A DNA stretch of 64,000 nt from Anaerovoracaceae bacterium (GCA_045604305.1 JAZUNV010000064.1:893-64892), one strand, 5' to 3'; counted from the stretch's first letter, positions 26,753 to 36,638 are shown. Numbers and translations: made by a program. The notes: generated by a model from the letters alone, not told the origin.

Positions 26753-27984
26753 TGAAACTTCTGAATGTGGATACTCTGCAGCAGGCAGAGCAAAAGGTGG
26801 CCCGCGCATGGGAGGAAATCGGGCTGAGGACCGAAAGGCTCAGCATCACTGAGGCCGAGGGGCGCATACTCGCAGAGGATGTGAAAGCGGCCTGCGATGT
26901 ACCAGATTTCCGTAAATCCACTGTGGACGGATATGCGGTAAGGGCGAAGGACACACAGGGTGCCGGAGAGAGCATCCCGTGTTTTCTTGATGTGACCGGA
27001 GAAGTCAGCATCGGGAGCCCTGCATCGGGCACAGTCGGTCCGGGACAGTGCGTATACGTACCGACGGGCGGCATGCTGCCGGACGGTGCGGATGCCATGG
27101 TCATGATAGAGCATGCAGAGTCATTCAGCGCTTCGCAGGTAGCGATATACGATTCCGTGAGCGCCGGACGAAGCGTCATACAGATCGGCGAGGATATAAA
27201 GGCCGGTGAGACGGTCCTGACAAGAGGCACTAAGCTCAGCCCTGCGCATATAGGGGTACTGGCCTCTATAGGCATAATGGAAGCGCCTGTATACGAGATG
27301 CCTTCCATTACCATACTCTCGACCGGAAACGAACTCGTGATGCCGGGCGAACCGAGATCGCCGGGCCAGATATGGGATATAAACACATACGGCATACAGG
27401 CCCAGTGCAGACGGACCGGCCTCAGAGTGATACATACGGATGTGCTTCGCGACGAAGAGCCGGCACTGAGAGCGGCCATCACTGAGGCGATCAGGACGAG
27501 CGACATCGTAGCCGTGAGCGGCGGAAGCAGCCAGGGCAAGCAGGATTTCACGGAGCGTATATTCGATGAGTGCTCGAATGGAGGAGTGTTCACGCACGGT
27601 CTTGCGCTGAAGCCGGGCAAGCCTACCATACTCGGAGTCGACAGCGCCAACAGCACGCTCCTGGTCGGACTGCCGGGACATCCGATGGCAGCCATGGTGG
27701 TATTCGATCTGCTCGTTCTCGGGACTCTCAGGAAGATTATGGGGGTGCCGGAGGAGAGAAAGCTGAGAGCTCGCATGGAAGTCAATGTCGCGGGAGGCGG
27801 AGGCCGATCGGTCTGCCAGATGGTCCGCCTGATCCCGCAGGAGGGAGACTTCTTCACGGCGAGGCCTCTGCTCGGCAAATCCGGTCTCATGACAGTGCTT
27901 GCCGCTGCAGACGGATACGTGATGATAGACGCGGACAAAGAGGGACTGAAGAAGGGAGAGACGGTGGAAGTGACACCGCTGTAG
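26752..27984 (+). CDS. moeA: Molybdopterin molybdenum/tungsten transferase MoeA
   Basis: 410 aa with STVDGYAV and LKPGKPT motifs. The start overlaps the moaC stop (TGATG). Confidence 0.9.
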   Translation: MKLLNVDTLQQAEQKVARAWEEIGLRTERLSITEAEGRILAEDVKAACDVPDFRKSTVDGYAVRAKDTQGAGESIPCFLDVTGEVSIGSPASGTVGPGQCVYVPTGGMLPDGADAMVMIEHAESFSASQVAIYDSVSAGRSVIQIGEDIKAGETVLTRGTKLSPAHIGVLASIGIMEAPVYEMPSITILSTGNELVMPGEPRSPGQIWDINTYGIQAQCRRTGLRVIHTDVLRDEEPALRAAITEAIRTSDIVAVSGGSSQGKQDFTERIFDECSNGGVFTHGLALKPGKPTILGVDSANSTLLVGLPGHPMAAMVVFDLLVLGTLRKIMGVPEERKLRARMEVNVAGGGGRSVCQMVRLIPQEGDFFTARPLLGKSGLMTVLAAADGYVMIDADKEGLKKGETVEVTPL

Positions 27985-27989
27985 GAACG

Positions 27990-29957
27990 ATGGCAAAGAG
28001 AAATCTGTACCTTGAAACCATACCTGTAGAGGAAGCCGTTGAGAAGTACTCGGCGGCCATGAAGACTCTTCTGAAGCCGTCATTTGAAAAGATCGCGGTG
28101 ACAGAGTCTCTGCACCGCATAACCAAAGAGGCGATATTTGCAAGATACAGCTCGCCTCTTTTCAATGCGAGCGCCATGGACGGAATCGCAGTCATAGCCT
28201 CGCATACCGACGGAGCCAGTGAGACGGAGCCTGTCATCCTGAGCGAGGGAGAGGACTTCATCGTCGTGGATACGGGCGATCCCATACATGCGCCTTATGA
28301 CGCAGTGATCATGGCGGAGGATGTCGTTGAGCTTGACGCCCCGGAAGGCGAGCCGGCTAAGGTGAGCATAATAGCAAGCGCGGCTCCGTGGCAGCACATA
28401 CGACCTGTAGGCGAGGACATAGTGGCCGGCGAGATGATACTGCCGGGCCGCCATGAGATACGCGCGATAGACATTGGAGTGCTCCTGTCCGCCGGGATCA
28501 CGGAGATCGATGTGTTCAGAAAGCCGAGGGTCGCGATATTCCCGACAGGCGATGAGATAGTCGAGGCTGAGGACCTCGCGTCGGGCGACGAGAGGGCGCA
28601 TGTACTGATAGAGAAGGGAGCCATCATCGAGTCGAACTCGAGGATGTTCGAAAACATGGTCACGGAAGCCGGAGGTACAGGCGTCCGCTTTGAGACACTC
28701 AAAGACGACTACGAGACCATCAAGAAGGCCGTGGCAGACGCTGCTTCTGAGTATGACATGGTCATCATAAACGCGGGCTCGTCGGCAGGACGCGATGACT
28801 ATACGGTGCATGTGCTGAGAGAGCTCGGCACCGTCCACGTACACGGCGTCGCGATCAAGCCGGGCAAGCCTGTTATACTCGCTGAGGTGAACGGCAAGCC
28901 TGTCATAGGGCTTCCGGGTTACCCTGTGAGCGCATACATCAGCTTCGATCTTTTCGCACGGCCTGTGATCGAGACATTAAGCGGCGTGCGCGGAGCATCT
29001 ACAAGATCCGCGGAGGCGGTCATATCAAGGAGACTCGTGAGCGGCCTCAGGCACAGGGAATACGTGAGAGTAAAGGTCGGCGACGTGGGCGGACGCCTCG
29101 TTGCGGCTCCTCTTGCGCGCGGCGCGGGCGCAGCGATGTCGCTGGTCAGAGCCGACGGGTTCTGCGTTATCCCACTCAGGAGTGAGGGCGTGGAAGCCGG
29201 AGATACGGTGCAGGTGGAGCTCTATCGTCCGATGGAGGAGGTGAGCCATACGGCCGTGGCCATAGGAAGCCACGATCTCATACTCGACGTGATAGCCGAC
29301 ATGATGCCTGACATGCACCCGGGAGAGTTCCTCTCGAGCACTCATGTGGGAAGCATGGGCGGCCTCATGGCCCTCAGGAGAGGAGAGTGCCACATAGTGC
29401 CTACGCACCTGCTCGATGAGAAGTCCGGCGAATACAACATCCCTATACTGAGGAGTATGTTCGGAAGCGGCATAGTGCTCGTAAAGGGAGTAGGACGCAC
29501 ACAGGGCATCATGGTCAAGAAGGGGAACCCACTCGGCATCAAAGGCCTTGAGGATCTTGCCGCAGGGGAAGGAAAGCCACACCTACGCTTCGTCAACAGG
29601 CAGCGCGGCGCGGGCACGAGAGTGCTCTTCGACTATCTGCTGAAGAAGCTCGGCATAGACCCTGCTGATATAGACGGCTACGAACGCGAAGCCACGACGC
29701 ACATGGCTGTGGCTGTTGCGGTCGCATCCGACAGCTGCGATGCCGGTCTCGGCATACTGTCTGCGGCTAAGGCGATGGATCTCGATTTCATCACCCTCGC
29801 CGACGAGGAGTACGACTTCGCGATACCGGAGGAGCACATGGAGCTTCCGCACGTACAGGCCTTCCTGTCGGTGCTCAGAAGCGATGAGTTCAGGGGTCGC
29901 ACGGAGAAGCTCGGAGGCTACACCTTCGCAAGGACAGGCGAGGAGATACGAATATAA
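27990..29957 (+). CDS. MoeA fused to a C-terminal periplasmic-binding-protein-like (oxyanion-binding type) domain
   Basis: The start is at ATG 27990 (MAKRNLYLE...). It has MoeA motifs SAMDGIAV and IKPGKPV, plus a roughly 240-aa C-terminal PBP-like extension. The listed start at 27570 would overlap moeA by 400 nt in an Arg/Gly-rich junk frame. Confidence 0.85.
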   Translation: MAKRNLYLETIPVEEAVEKYSAAMKTLLKPSFEKIAVTESLHRITKEAIFARYSSPLFNASAMDGIAVIASHTDGASETEPVILSEGEDFIVVDTGDPIHAPYDAVIMAEDVVELDAPEGEPAKVSIIASAAPWQHIRPVGEDIVAGEMILPGRHEIRAIDIGVLLSAGITEIDVFRKPRVAIFPTGDEIVEAEDLASGDERAHVLIEKGAIIESNSRMFENMVTEAGGTGVRFETLKDDYETIKKAVADAASEYDMVIINAGSSAGRDDYTVHVLRELGTVHVHGVAIKPGKPVILAEVNGKPVIGLPGYPVSAYISFDLFARPVIETLSGVRGASTRSAEAVISRRLVSGLRHREYVRVKVGDVGGRLVAAPLARGAGAAMSLVRADGFCVIPLRSEGVEAGDTVQVELYRPMEEVSHTAVAIGSHDLILDVIADMMPDMHPGEFLSSTHVGSMGGLMALRRGECHIVPTHLLDEKSGEYNIPILRSMFGSGIVLVKGVGRTQGIMVKKGNPLGIKGLEDLAAGEGKPHLRFVNRQRGAGTRVLFDYLLKKLGIDPADIDGYEREATTHMAVAVAVASDSCDAGLGILSAAKAMDLDFITLADEEYDFAIPEEHMELPHVQAFLSVLRSDEFRGRTEKLGGYTFARTGEEIRI

Positions 29958-30153
29958 CAGACGCCGGATGTCCCCGCCTCAACGAAGTAGGCGGCGGGTT
30001 CCATTTTCGACCGTCGGTGGCGGGTATCAATCCCCGACCGACGCTCTCAGGAGCTGAAGCTCCCGGCGCCTGTTGACGGCGTCGCTCGCTCCAATCAAGC
30101 GAGCTTGTTGGAGCTTTGCTCCTGGTTGAATCAGGAATGGAGGAACATTGGAA

Positions 30154-30336
30154 ATGAAGAAATTAGCAGTTTGTGCATTACTCGCCGCCGCATCGATCGG
30201 ATCGATAAGGAGTCTCAGAAAGAACGGACTTCCTATCCCGGGGAATCTGACCATGCATCTCCCGGTCAAATTCAGGTATGACTTCTGGGATGTTTTCACT
30301 AAAGGGATCGAAGTCGCAGAGGGATTTACCAAGTAA
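30154..30336 (+). CDS. Possible small secreted protein (60 aa)
   Basis: ATG follows GGAGG. The N-terminus is hydrophobic (KKLAVCALLAAASIG). I recognise no homology. Confidence 0.3.
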   Translation: MKKLAVCALLAAASIGSIRSLRKNGLPIPGNLTMHLPVKFRYDFWDVFTKGIEVAEGFTK

Positions 30337-30443
30337 AAAGCGCCTTGCTGAGCCTGCAAAAAACGCTGTGTTACGTTTTTGTACGCCCCATATGATATCT
30401 TATTTTTAATACAGTGCATCTGTGAGATATTGTGAGGGGTAAA

Positions 30444-30806
30444 ATGAGCATAACAGTTACATTACCGAAAGAAAGAGAAGAAGTGCTGGATGAGCTCACT
30501 GAATACTACAGGTACGATTCAGTCGACCGGTATGTAAGTGACCTCATCCTTTATGATGTGCGGACAGAGCAGCTGAAGATGAACAAGCAGCTTCTCTCAA
30601 AGAAGTTCAGGGAGGAGATAAGGCGGAGAGAGCAGGCTGAGAACGAAAAGCTCAGGGCTGAAACAGAGTGCTCCTTTTGCGGCGGAGAGTATTCGCCTGC
30701 GACTCCGCGGGGGCTGTTCAAGGGAAAGACTATTGATATCTGCACCAACTGTCTGACTAAGTTCGTGGTCCTCCTTGAGGAGAACGATCTGGCCCAGATC
30801 GAGTGA
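30444..30806 (+). CDS. Hypothetical protein with C-terminal ClpX-type C4 zinc finger
   Basis: CSFCGG...x17...ICTNC resembles the ClpX N-terminal zinc-binding module. The start ATG 30444 follows GAGGGG. Confidence 0.6.
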   Translation: MSITVTLPKEREEVLDELTEYYRYDSVDRYVSDLILYDVRTEQLKMNKQLLSKKFREEIRRREQAENEKLRAETECSFCGGEYSPATPRGLFKGKTIDICTNCLTKFVVLLEENDLAQIE

Positions 30807-30850
30807 GAGTTTTGGTCTCCGCTCAGCTGTAAATGTGATATCATATCTGC

Positions 30851-31873
30851 ATGGACAGATTATTGATCATGATCCCGGCTGCAGCCTGGTGGCTGCTGCT
30901 GGCTATTTCAGTAAATAAGGACAGGAGCAGGTACCGCAACTGTTACCTGCTTTTCTTTGCTCTGGCGACGACTGCGCTGGGCCTGACCTTCTTTACGGGA
31001 GATCATCAGGATGAGGTGCTGTATGTCATGTTCCTGCTGACACTGATCGCGCTGCTGATAGTTCCGTTCGTCCTGATAGCGAACGGTGTGCTGATGATAA
31101 AGAGGGAGGGGCGCAGCCTCGCCAACCTGCTGTCGCTCGTTTTCGGCATAGTGATAGCCTTTGGCGAGATCGCGGCATTCATATACGCTGCCAGAGACTT
31201 CTTCTTCAAGAGTGAAATGATAGGCGAGAGGGCATATGCAGACATCAACCTGGTGAGCGCCGTCATAAGCGTCTCGGTCATATACATATCGATCTCTTTC
31301 CTGGTCTTCATGTTTTACTGCGTCTTCCTGATGATAATACCGCGCAAGAGGGATTTCGACTACGTGATAATCCACGGCGCGGGTCTGCTCGACGGCGACA
31401 AAGTGTCGAAGCTGCTGGCTGACCGCCTGGATAAAGCGATCGAGATATACCGCAAGGATCCGACGCCTCCGGTACTGATCCCCTCCGGCGGCAAGGGCAG
31501 CGATGAGACCGTATCCGAAGCGAGAGCTATGGCCGACTATCTTATTGAGAAAGGGATACCTGAGGACAGGATAATGCTCGAGGACGGCTCCACCAATACA
31601 CTTCAGAATCTTGAGAATTCAAAAGCTCTGATCGACAAGGCCGGCGGAGGCCGCTACATAGCGCTCGTCACCAGCAATTATCATGTCTACAGGGCGCTGA
31701 GGTACTGCAGGAAGATAGGACTCAAATGCACAGGCATAGGTAGTCATGTTGCCCTCTACTACTGGCCGAGCGCTCTGATACGCGAATACATAGCCATCCG
31801 CATGGAATTCAAGCATCTGGTTCTCTTCCTCATAGGATGGGCACTGTGCGTATCCATTTGCTTTTTGAACTGA
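30851..31873 (+). CDS. DUF218 (YdcF/ElyC/SanA-like) membrane protein
   Basis: Four or five N-terminal TM helices, then the DUF218 core IIHGAGLLDG...LIPSGGKGSDE...STNTLQN. Confidence 0.8.
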   Translation: MDRLLIMIPAAAWWLLLAISVNKDRSRYRNCYLLFFALATTALGLTFFTGDHQDEVLYVMFLLTLIALLIVPFVLIANGVLMIKREGRSLANLLSLVFGIVIAFGEIAAFIYAARDFFFKSEMIGERAYADINLVSAVISVSVIYISISFLVFMFYCVFLMIIPRKRDFDYVIIHGAGLLDGDKVSKLLADRLDKAIEIYRKDPTPPVLIPSGGKGSDETVSEARAMADYLIEKGIPEDRIMLEDGSTNTLQNLENSKALIDKAGGGRYIALVTSNYHVYRALRYCRKIGLKCTGIGSHVALYYWPSALIREYIAIRMEFKHLVLFLIGWALCVSICFLN

Positions 31874-31961
31874 CAGACGCTGCGATGCTGGAAATCGCGG
31901 CGTTTTATGATACAATAAATAAGTTAAAGACAATACCTTTATGAAAGGACGGAAAGTATAA

Positions 31962-32420
31962 ATGAAAAAGAAACTGATGATAGTAACTCTTGCTGTGCTT
32001 ACTGTGCTCATGCTCGCGGCATGCGGCAAGGACGACGGCGATACCTTTACTACGCTCAATCAGGACATCGCAGAGGACGGGAAGTCCTGCACCGTGGAAG
32101 CCAAGGATGCCGGCGAGGGAGATTATACGGTCTCCGGCAGTCTGATCGTTGAGGAAGGCCAGAAGCTGCAGATCGTCTCCGATATCGAAGGCGACGGCAC
32201 GATCACGCTCGAGTTCAGCACGAATGAGGAGCTTGACTCCCTTGACGGGGATGCGTCCGGCGACGAGCTCAAGGATGCTGCGGAAAATTATCAGCCTGTA
32301 CTTACCGTGAAAGGCGCCGGAAGCGAGATAGGCGAATATGAGATCGCTCCGGGAGAGTACTATGTGAAAGCCACAGCGAACAAGGGATGCACAGGCACTG
32401 TAAAGGTGACAGTGGAGTAA
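31962..32420 (+). CDS. Lipoprotein, function unknown
   Basis: Signal peptide with lipobox LAAC, followed by an acidic 130-aa mature part. Confidence 0.75.
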   Translation: MKKKLMIVTLAVLTVLMLAACGKDDGDTFTTLNQDIAEDGKSCTVEAKDAGEGDYTVSGSLIVEEGQKLQIVSDIEGDGTITLEFSTNEELDSLDGDASGDELKDAAENYQPVLTVKGAGSEIGEYEIAPGEYYVKATANKGCTGTVKVTVE

Positions 32421-32424
32421 GCCT

Positions 32425-33444
32425 ATGATATCGATGGAATGCGATTACATAGCGGGTGCTCATCCCGATATATTGAAGGCTCTCGAAAGAACCAATATGG
32501 AGCACCTTCCGGGCTACGGCACGGATCACTATACGGAGAGCGCAAAGGATAAGATCCGCAGGGCCTGCGGCGCTGATGTGGAGGTCGAATTCCTCATCGG
32601 AGGGACGCAGACCAACGCTGCGGTGATCGGGATCATGCTCAGGGACTACGAAGGCGTGATCGCTGCTGATACCGGCCATATCAGTGTGCACGAGTCGGGA
32701 GCGATCGAATCAGGCGGTCACAAGGTCCTCACACTCGAGGGACATCAGGGCAAGCTGGACGCGGGTTCAGTCAGAGCATTCATGGAGAGCTTCTACTCCA
32801 ACCCTAGCCACGAGCACATGGTCTTCCCGGGTATGGTATACATATCCCATCCGACCGAACTCGGTACCCTCTATAAGAAGGCCGAGCTCGAAGCTCTCGC
32901 CGGTGTCTGCCATGACTACGGCATCCCGCTATATCTTGACGGAGCCAGGCTCGGATACGGACTTGAGAGCCGTGAGAGCGACATGACGCTCGGGGACATA
33001 GCGCGCATATGCGATGTCTTCTACATAGGAGGCACCAAGGTAGGCGCACTCTGCGGAGAGGCGGTCGTGTTCAGCAGGGACTGCATGCCGGAGCACTTCA
33101 TGACGTCGATCAAGAAGCGCGGAGCACTGCTCGCAAAGGGCAGGCTGCTCGGCATACAGTTCGATACTCTCTTTACAGACGACCTCTATTTCAGGATCAG
33201 CAGGCATGCCATAGACAAGGCAGAAGAGCTCAAAGCTCTGATCAGGGAGAAGGGCTGGGAGTTCTATCTCGATTCGCCGACCAACCAGCAGTTCGTGCTC
33301 TTCGACGAGCCGACCATGGACAGGGTCAGGCAGAAGATAGGCTTCGACATCTGGGACAGATACGACGACAACAGATGGATAGTGAGGTTCACGACCTCGT
33401 GGTCCACGACGGACGAGGAGCTGCAGACACTGAAGGAACTATAG
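32425..33444 (+). CDS. Low-specificity threonine aldolase / beta-eliminating lyase family (PLP)
   Basis: 339 aa. The layout GGTQTN...YISHPTE..GGTKVGA (Lys) is typical of the family. Confidence 0.8.
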   Translation: MISMECDYIAGAHPDILKALERTNMEHLPGYGTDHYTESAKDKIRRACGADVEVEFLIGGTQTNAAVIGIMLRDYEGVIAADTGHISVHESGAIESGGHKVLTLEGHQGKLDAGSVRAFMESFYSNPSHEHMVFPGMVYISHPTELGTLYKKAELEALAGVCHDYGIPLYLDGARLGYGLESRESDMTLGDIARICDVFYIGGTKVGALCGEAVVFSRDCMPEHFMTSIKKRGALLAKGRLLGIQFDTLFTDDLYFRISRHAIDKAEELKALIREKGWEFYLDSPTNQQFVLFDEPTMDRVRQKIGFDIWDRYDDNRWIVRFTTSWSTTDEELQTLKEL

Positions 33445-33543
33445 GGACTTCTGAAAACTTAGAGACCTCGGAATACAATGCTGTCATCCCGAGCGAAGCG
33501 AGGGATCTCACTGAACGGACACGATGACAGAAAGGAACGGGAA

Positions 33544-35253
33544 ATGGGTGTAAAGACTAACTGGTACAAGGAAGCTGTCGTATATCAGATATATCCGCTC
33601 AGCTTCAAGGATTCCGACAACGACGGCTTCGGCGATATACGCGGTATCATCTCGAAGCTCGACTACATCAGGGAGCTCGGGGCGACGGCCGTATGGTTCT
33701 CGCCTCTTTATGACTCGCCGTGGAAGGACTACGGCTACGACATAGCCGACTATAAGTCCATACATCCGAAGTTCGGCACCATGGCGGATTTCGAGGAGCT
33801 CGTGGCTGAGTGCCATAAGAGGGATCTCAAGGTGATCATGGATGCGGTCTTCAACCACACCAGCGATCAGCACGAATGGTTCAAGGCTGCACTCGCTGAC
33901 AAGGATTCACCGTACAGGGACTACTATATCTTCAGGAAAGGACGCGACGGCAAGAACGGAGAGCTGCTGCCGCCGACCAACTGGACCTCGGCGTTCACGG
34001 GACCGGCATGGAAGCGCATAGACGGAACGGATGAGTTCTATCTGCATCTCTTCGCGCCGGAGCAGCCTGATCTCAACTGGGAGAATCCTGCGGTGAGAGA
34101 AGAGATCGTGGGCGTGCTCAGATTCTGGCTCGACAAGGGCGTGGACGGATTCAGGTTCGACGTCTTCAACATGATGTCCAAGGTGTATCCTCTTCAGGAC
34201 GACAACCATAGGACGCACTTCCAGAAGGGCACTCAGTTCTACGTGGACGGACCGCGCATGCACGAGTTCCTGAACGAGCTCAATGAAAAGGCGCTCTCGC
34301 TCTATGACACATATACCGTAGGAGAATCCTACACGCCGGATGAGGAGCATGCGCTCAGATACGTGAACGAAGAATCCGGAGAGCTCGACAGTATATTCCA
34401 CTTCGAGCACCTCAATGCAGATAATATGCTCGGTCTCAAGATGATACCGAAGCCGTTCGACCTCAGGCAGTTCAAACGCGGACTGATAGAGCCTCAGCTG
34501 CGCTATCACGGCAGGGGCTGGAACACCCTCGTGCTCGAAAACCACGACCAGGCCAGGAGCGTGAGCCGTTTCGGCATCAACACGAAGAAGTTCAGATATG
34601 AGGCGGCGACCTTCCTGGCGATGATCACCTTCTTTGGCTGGGGAACTCCGTTCATCTACCAGGGTGAGGAGATCGGTATGACCAACACGCACTTCAGGAG
34701 CATGGATGATCTCAGGGATCCGGCATCGTTCTTCACCTTCGACAAAGCGAAGGACCTGCACATTCCGGAGCGGGCCGCATTCAGGATGATGAGGGGCGCG
34801 TTCAGAGACAATGCGCGTACGCCTATGCAGTGGGATTCCTCCGACAATGCAGGCTTCAACGAAGGAGCGGAGCCGTGGCAGCGCGTGAATCCTGACTATA
34901 AGGAGATCAACGTCGAAGCGGACCTGGCTTCGGAGAAGTCGATATACCGCTTCTATCAGAAGGTGCTTGAGCTCAGGAAGAGTGAGCCGGCACTGCTCAA
35001 CGGCAAGACGATAGAGTACTATCCGGATGACAGGCAGATCATCGCATACAGCAGATGTCATGAGGGAAGGCGATTCCTCGTGGTCGGCAACTTCTCGAAT
35101 GTAAGAGCGGACTTCATAATGCCGGGCGATTTCGAGCTCGATGAGCTCAGCATCCGCATGACCAACCAGGATCGCACGGATGCCGGGATAGAGGAGATAA
35201 TGCAGATGAAGCCGTACGAGGCTATCCTCTTCGAGGAGAAGAAGCAGCAGTAA
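33544..35253 (+). CDS. GH13 alpha-glucosidase / oligo-1,6-glucosidase
   Basis: Conserved GH13 regions DAVFNHTS, GFRFDV, GEEIGM and ENHDQ. The start ATG 33544 gives MGVKTNWYKEAVVYQIYP. Confidence 0.92.
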   Translation: MGVKTNWYKEAVVYQIYPLSFKDSDNDGFGDIRGIISKLDYIRELGATAVWFSPLYDSPWKDYGYDIADYKSIHPKFGTMADFEELVAECHKRDLKVIMDAVFNHTSDQHEWFKAALADKDSPYRDYYIFRKGRDGKNGELLPPTNWTSAFTGPAWKRIDGTDEFYLHLFAPEQPDLNWENPAVREEIVGVLRFWLDKGVDGFRFDVFNMMSKVYPLQDDNHRTHFQKGTQFYVDGPRMHEFLNELNEKALSLYDTYTVGESYTPDEEHALRYVNEESGELDSIFHFEHLNADNMLGLKMIPKPFDLRQFKRGLIEPQLRYHGRGWNTLVLENHDQARSVSRFGINTKKFRYEAATFLAMITFFGWGTPFIYQGEEIGMTNTHFRSMDDLRDPASFFTFDKAKDLHIPERAAFRMMRGAFRDNARTPMQWDSSDNAGFNEGAEPWQRVNPDYKEINVEADLASEKSIYRFYQKVLELRKSEPALLNGKTIEYYPDDRQIIAYSRCHEGRRFLVVGNFSNVRADFIMPGDFELDELSIRMTNQDRTDAGIEEIMQMKPYEAILFEEKKQQ

Positions 35254-35261
35254 AAAATAAA

Positions 35262-35307
35262 CGACAGCCGTATATTCCGGTGCATATACCGGTACGGCTG
35301 TCTTTTT
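35262..35307. terminator. Bidirectional terminator between the glucosidase and the convergent XRE gene
   Basis: Stem GACAGCCGTA (35262-35271) / TACGGCTGTC (35292-35301), with an A-run upstream and a T-run downstream. Confidence 0.75.
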
Positions 35308-35337
35308 ATGCGCTCATTTCAGGTGAAACGGAAGGAT

Positions 35338-35625
35338 CTACTTCGGAAAGCTGCCCTTCTCTTCGGTAAGGCCGCAGATGTAGTTCATGTCCACATCATA
35401 AAACTTCGCGAGCGATATGAGGATCTCCACCGGCACTCGCACATTGCCGAGCTCATACTCCGCATATGCCCGCTGGCTCACCATCAGGTGCTCAGCGACT
35501 CTGGTCTGCGAAAGGCCTTCATCCTCTCTGAGCTCCCTGATCCTCCTTGCGGATGCAGGCAGCTCTCGTTCTTCCATGCTTATTTTTTTGCGCCTTTTTT
35601 CCATCCTTTTTCCGTCGTTCACCAT
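35338..35625 (-). CDS. XRE-family helix-turn-helix transcriptional regulator
   Basis: IRELREDEGLSQTRVAEHLMVSQRAYAEYELG is a typical HTH_XRE. Confidence 0.85.
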   Translation of the reverse strand: MVNDGKRMEKRRKKISMEERELPASARRIRELREDEGLSQTRVAEHLMVSQRAYAEYELGNVRVPVEILISLAKFYDVDMNYICGLTEEKGSFPK

Positions 35626-35680
35626 TCTGTGCAGTTTGTCTGATTTATTTTACACCATTTCTACACATAAAAGTGCTTGA

Positions 35681-35705
35681 ACTTTAGCGTAATATACGCT
35701 AAAGT
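35681..35705. promoter_or_regulatory. Perfect 11-3-11 palindrome, candidate operator between the XRE gene and the response regulator
   Basis: ACTTTAGCGTA ata TACGCTAAAGT in the divergent intergenic region. Confidence 0.5.
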
Positions 35706-35749
35706 ATAGGAACCTAGAAGTTATTCTTCTAAAAACACAGGAGAGGACG

Positions 35750-36562
35750 ATGAAGTTTCTGATAGTAGATGACGAGCAGGGAGCGCGTGAAGACCTGATG
35801 CGCGCTGTCTGCAATGTGACCGGTCCGGCAGAGATCGTCATGGCGAAGACTGCTGCCGAAGCACTGGAGCATGCGGGGAGGACCGTCTTTGATGCTATCT
35901 TTCTGGACATAAATCTCCCGGACATGGACGGACTGATCACCGCCCGGGAGATGACTGCGATACATCCCGGCACTAACATCATAATCCAGACCGCGGATCC
36001 GAAATTCGCTCTAGAGGCTTACGGCCTGTATGTCTGTGACTACATCCTCAAGCCTGTGAGTGAGAAGGATATCAGGAGGGCGCTTGAGCATCTGCGTTGG
36101 CCTGTCAGTGAAGCTCTTCCCAAGCTCGAAGTGCACTGCTTCGGCCGATTCGAGGTCTTCTGGAACGGAAGGCCCCTGAAGTTCGGCAGGAACGGAAGCA
36201 AGGAGCTGCTGGCATATCTGATAGACCACAGAGGTGAGCTGGTAAGCATGGATGAGATTGCGTATGCGCTGTGCGAGGATATCGGGGATGTGACGAGAGC
36301 AAAGATCCACATAAGGGTCTTCCTCTGCGACCTGAACCATACCCTGGACCGCATAGGCATGGGAGAAGTGCTTGTCAGGAAGCGCGGTGAGGCGGCGATA
36401 TGTCGTGACATGGTCGACTGCGACTACTACAGGCTGCTGGACGGAGAGCCCGAGGCGTCAAGGAGATTCAGGGGCGAATACATGACACAGTACAGCTGGG
36501 CGGAATATACCGAAGGGGAGTTATGGTTCGAGAGGCCGCTGTCGGGTCTGTGCATGGCCTGA
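35750..36562 (+). CDS. Orphan response regulator: receiver domain plus SARP/OmpR-like winged helix
   Basis: The receiver has FLIVDDE...DAIFLDINLPDMDG...KP. The C-terminus LEVHCFGRFEVFWNGRPLKF...SKELLAYLI is typical of SARP-type DNA-binding domains. There is no adjacent kinase. Confidence 0.85.
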   Translation: MKFLIVDDEQGAREDLMRAVCNVTGPAEIVMAKTAAEALEHAGRTVFDAIFLDINLPDMDGLITAREMTAIHPGTNIIIQTADPKFALEAYGLYVCDYILKPVSEKDIRRALEHLRWPVSEALPKLEVHCFGRFEVFWNGRPLKFGRNGSKELLAYLIDHRGELVSMDEIAYALCEDIGDVTRAKIHIRVFLCDLNHTLDRIGMGEVLVRKRGEAAICRDMVDCDYYRLLDGEPEASRRFRGEYMTQYSWAEYTEGELWFERPLSGLCMA

Positions 36563-36638
36563 GAGTGACTGCGGCTGATGGCCGCGGCATATCACGCATC
36601 AATAAGACACACTTCAATCAGACAGAAAGGAAAAAGTT

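Noticed and set aside
27570-27989. The listed 795-aa ORF starts at 27570 and overlaps moeA by about 400 nt.
   Set aside because: The upstream 140 codons are an Arg/Gly/Ser-rich out-of-frame shadow of moeA (RSRQRQQHAPGRTAGTS...). MoeA-type sequence begins at MAKRNLYLE (ATG 27990), right after the moeA stop.
25636-28143. Long antisense ORFs of 200-465 aa lie opposite moaC/moeA. Similar ones occur opposite lon, larA, the GH13 gene, the pilin-like gene and rarA (for example 26691-27938, 33907-35061, 39104-40501).
   Set aside because: These are typical shadow ORFs of GC-rich coding DNA. They have Arg/Ser/Pro-rich low-complexity translations, no RBS and complete overlap with well-supported sense genes.
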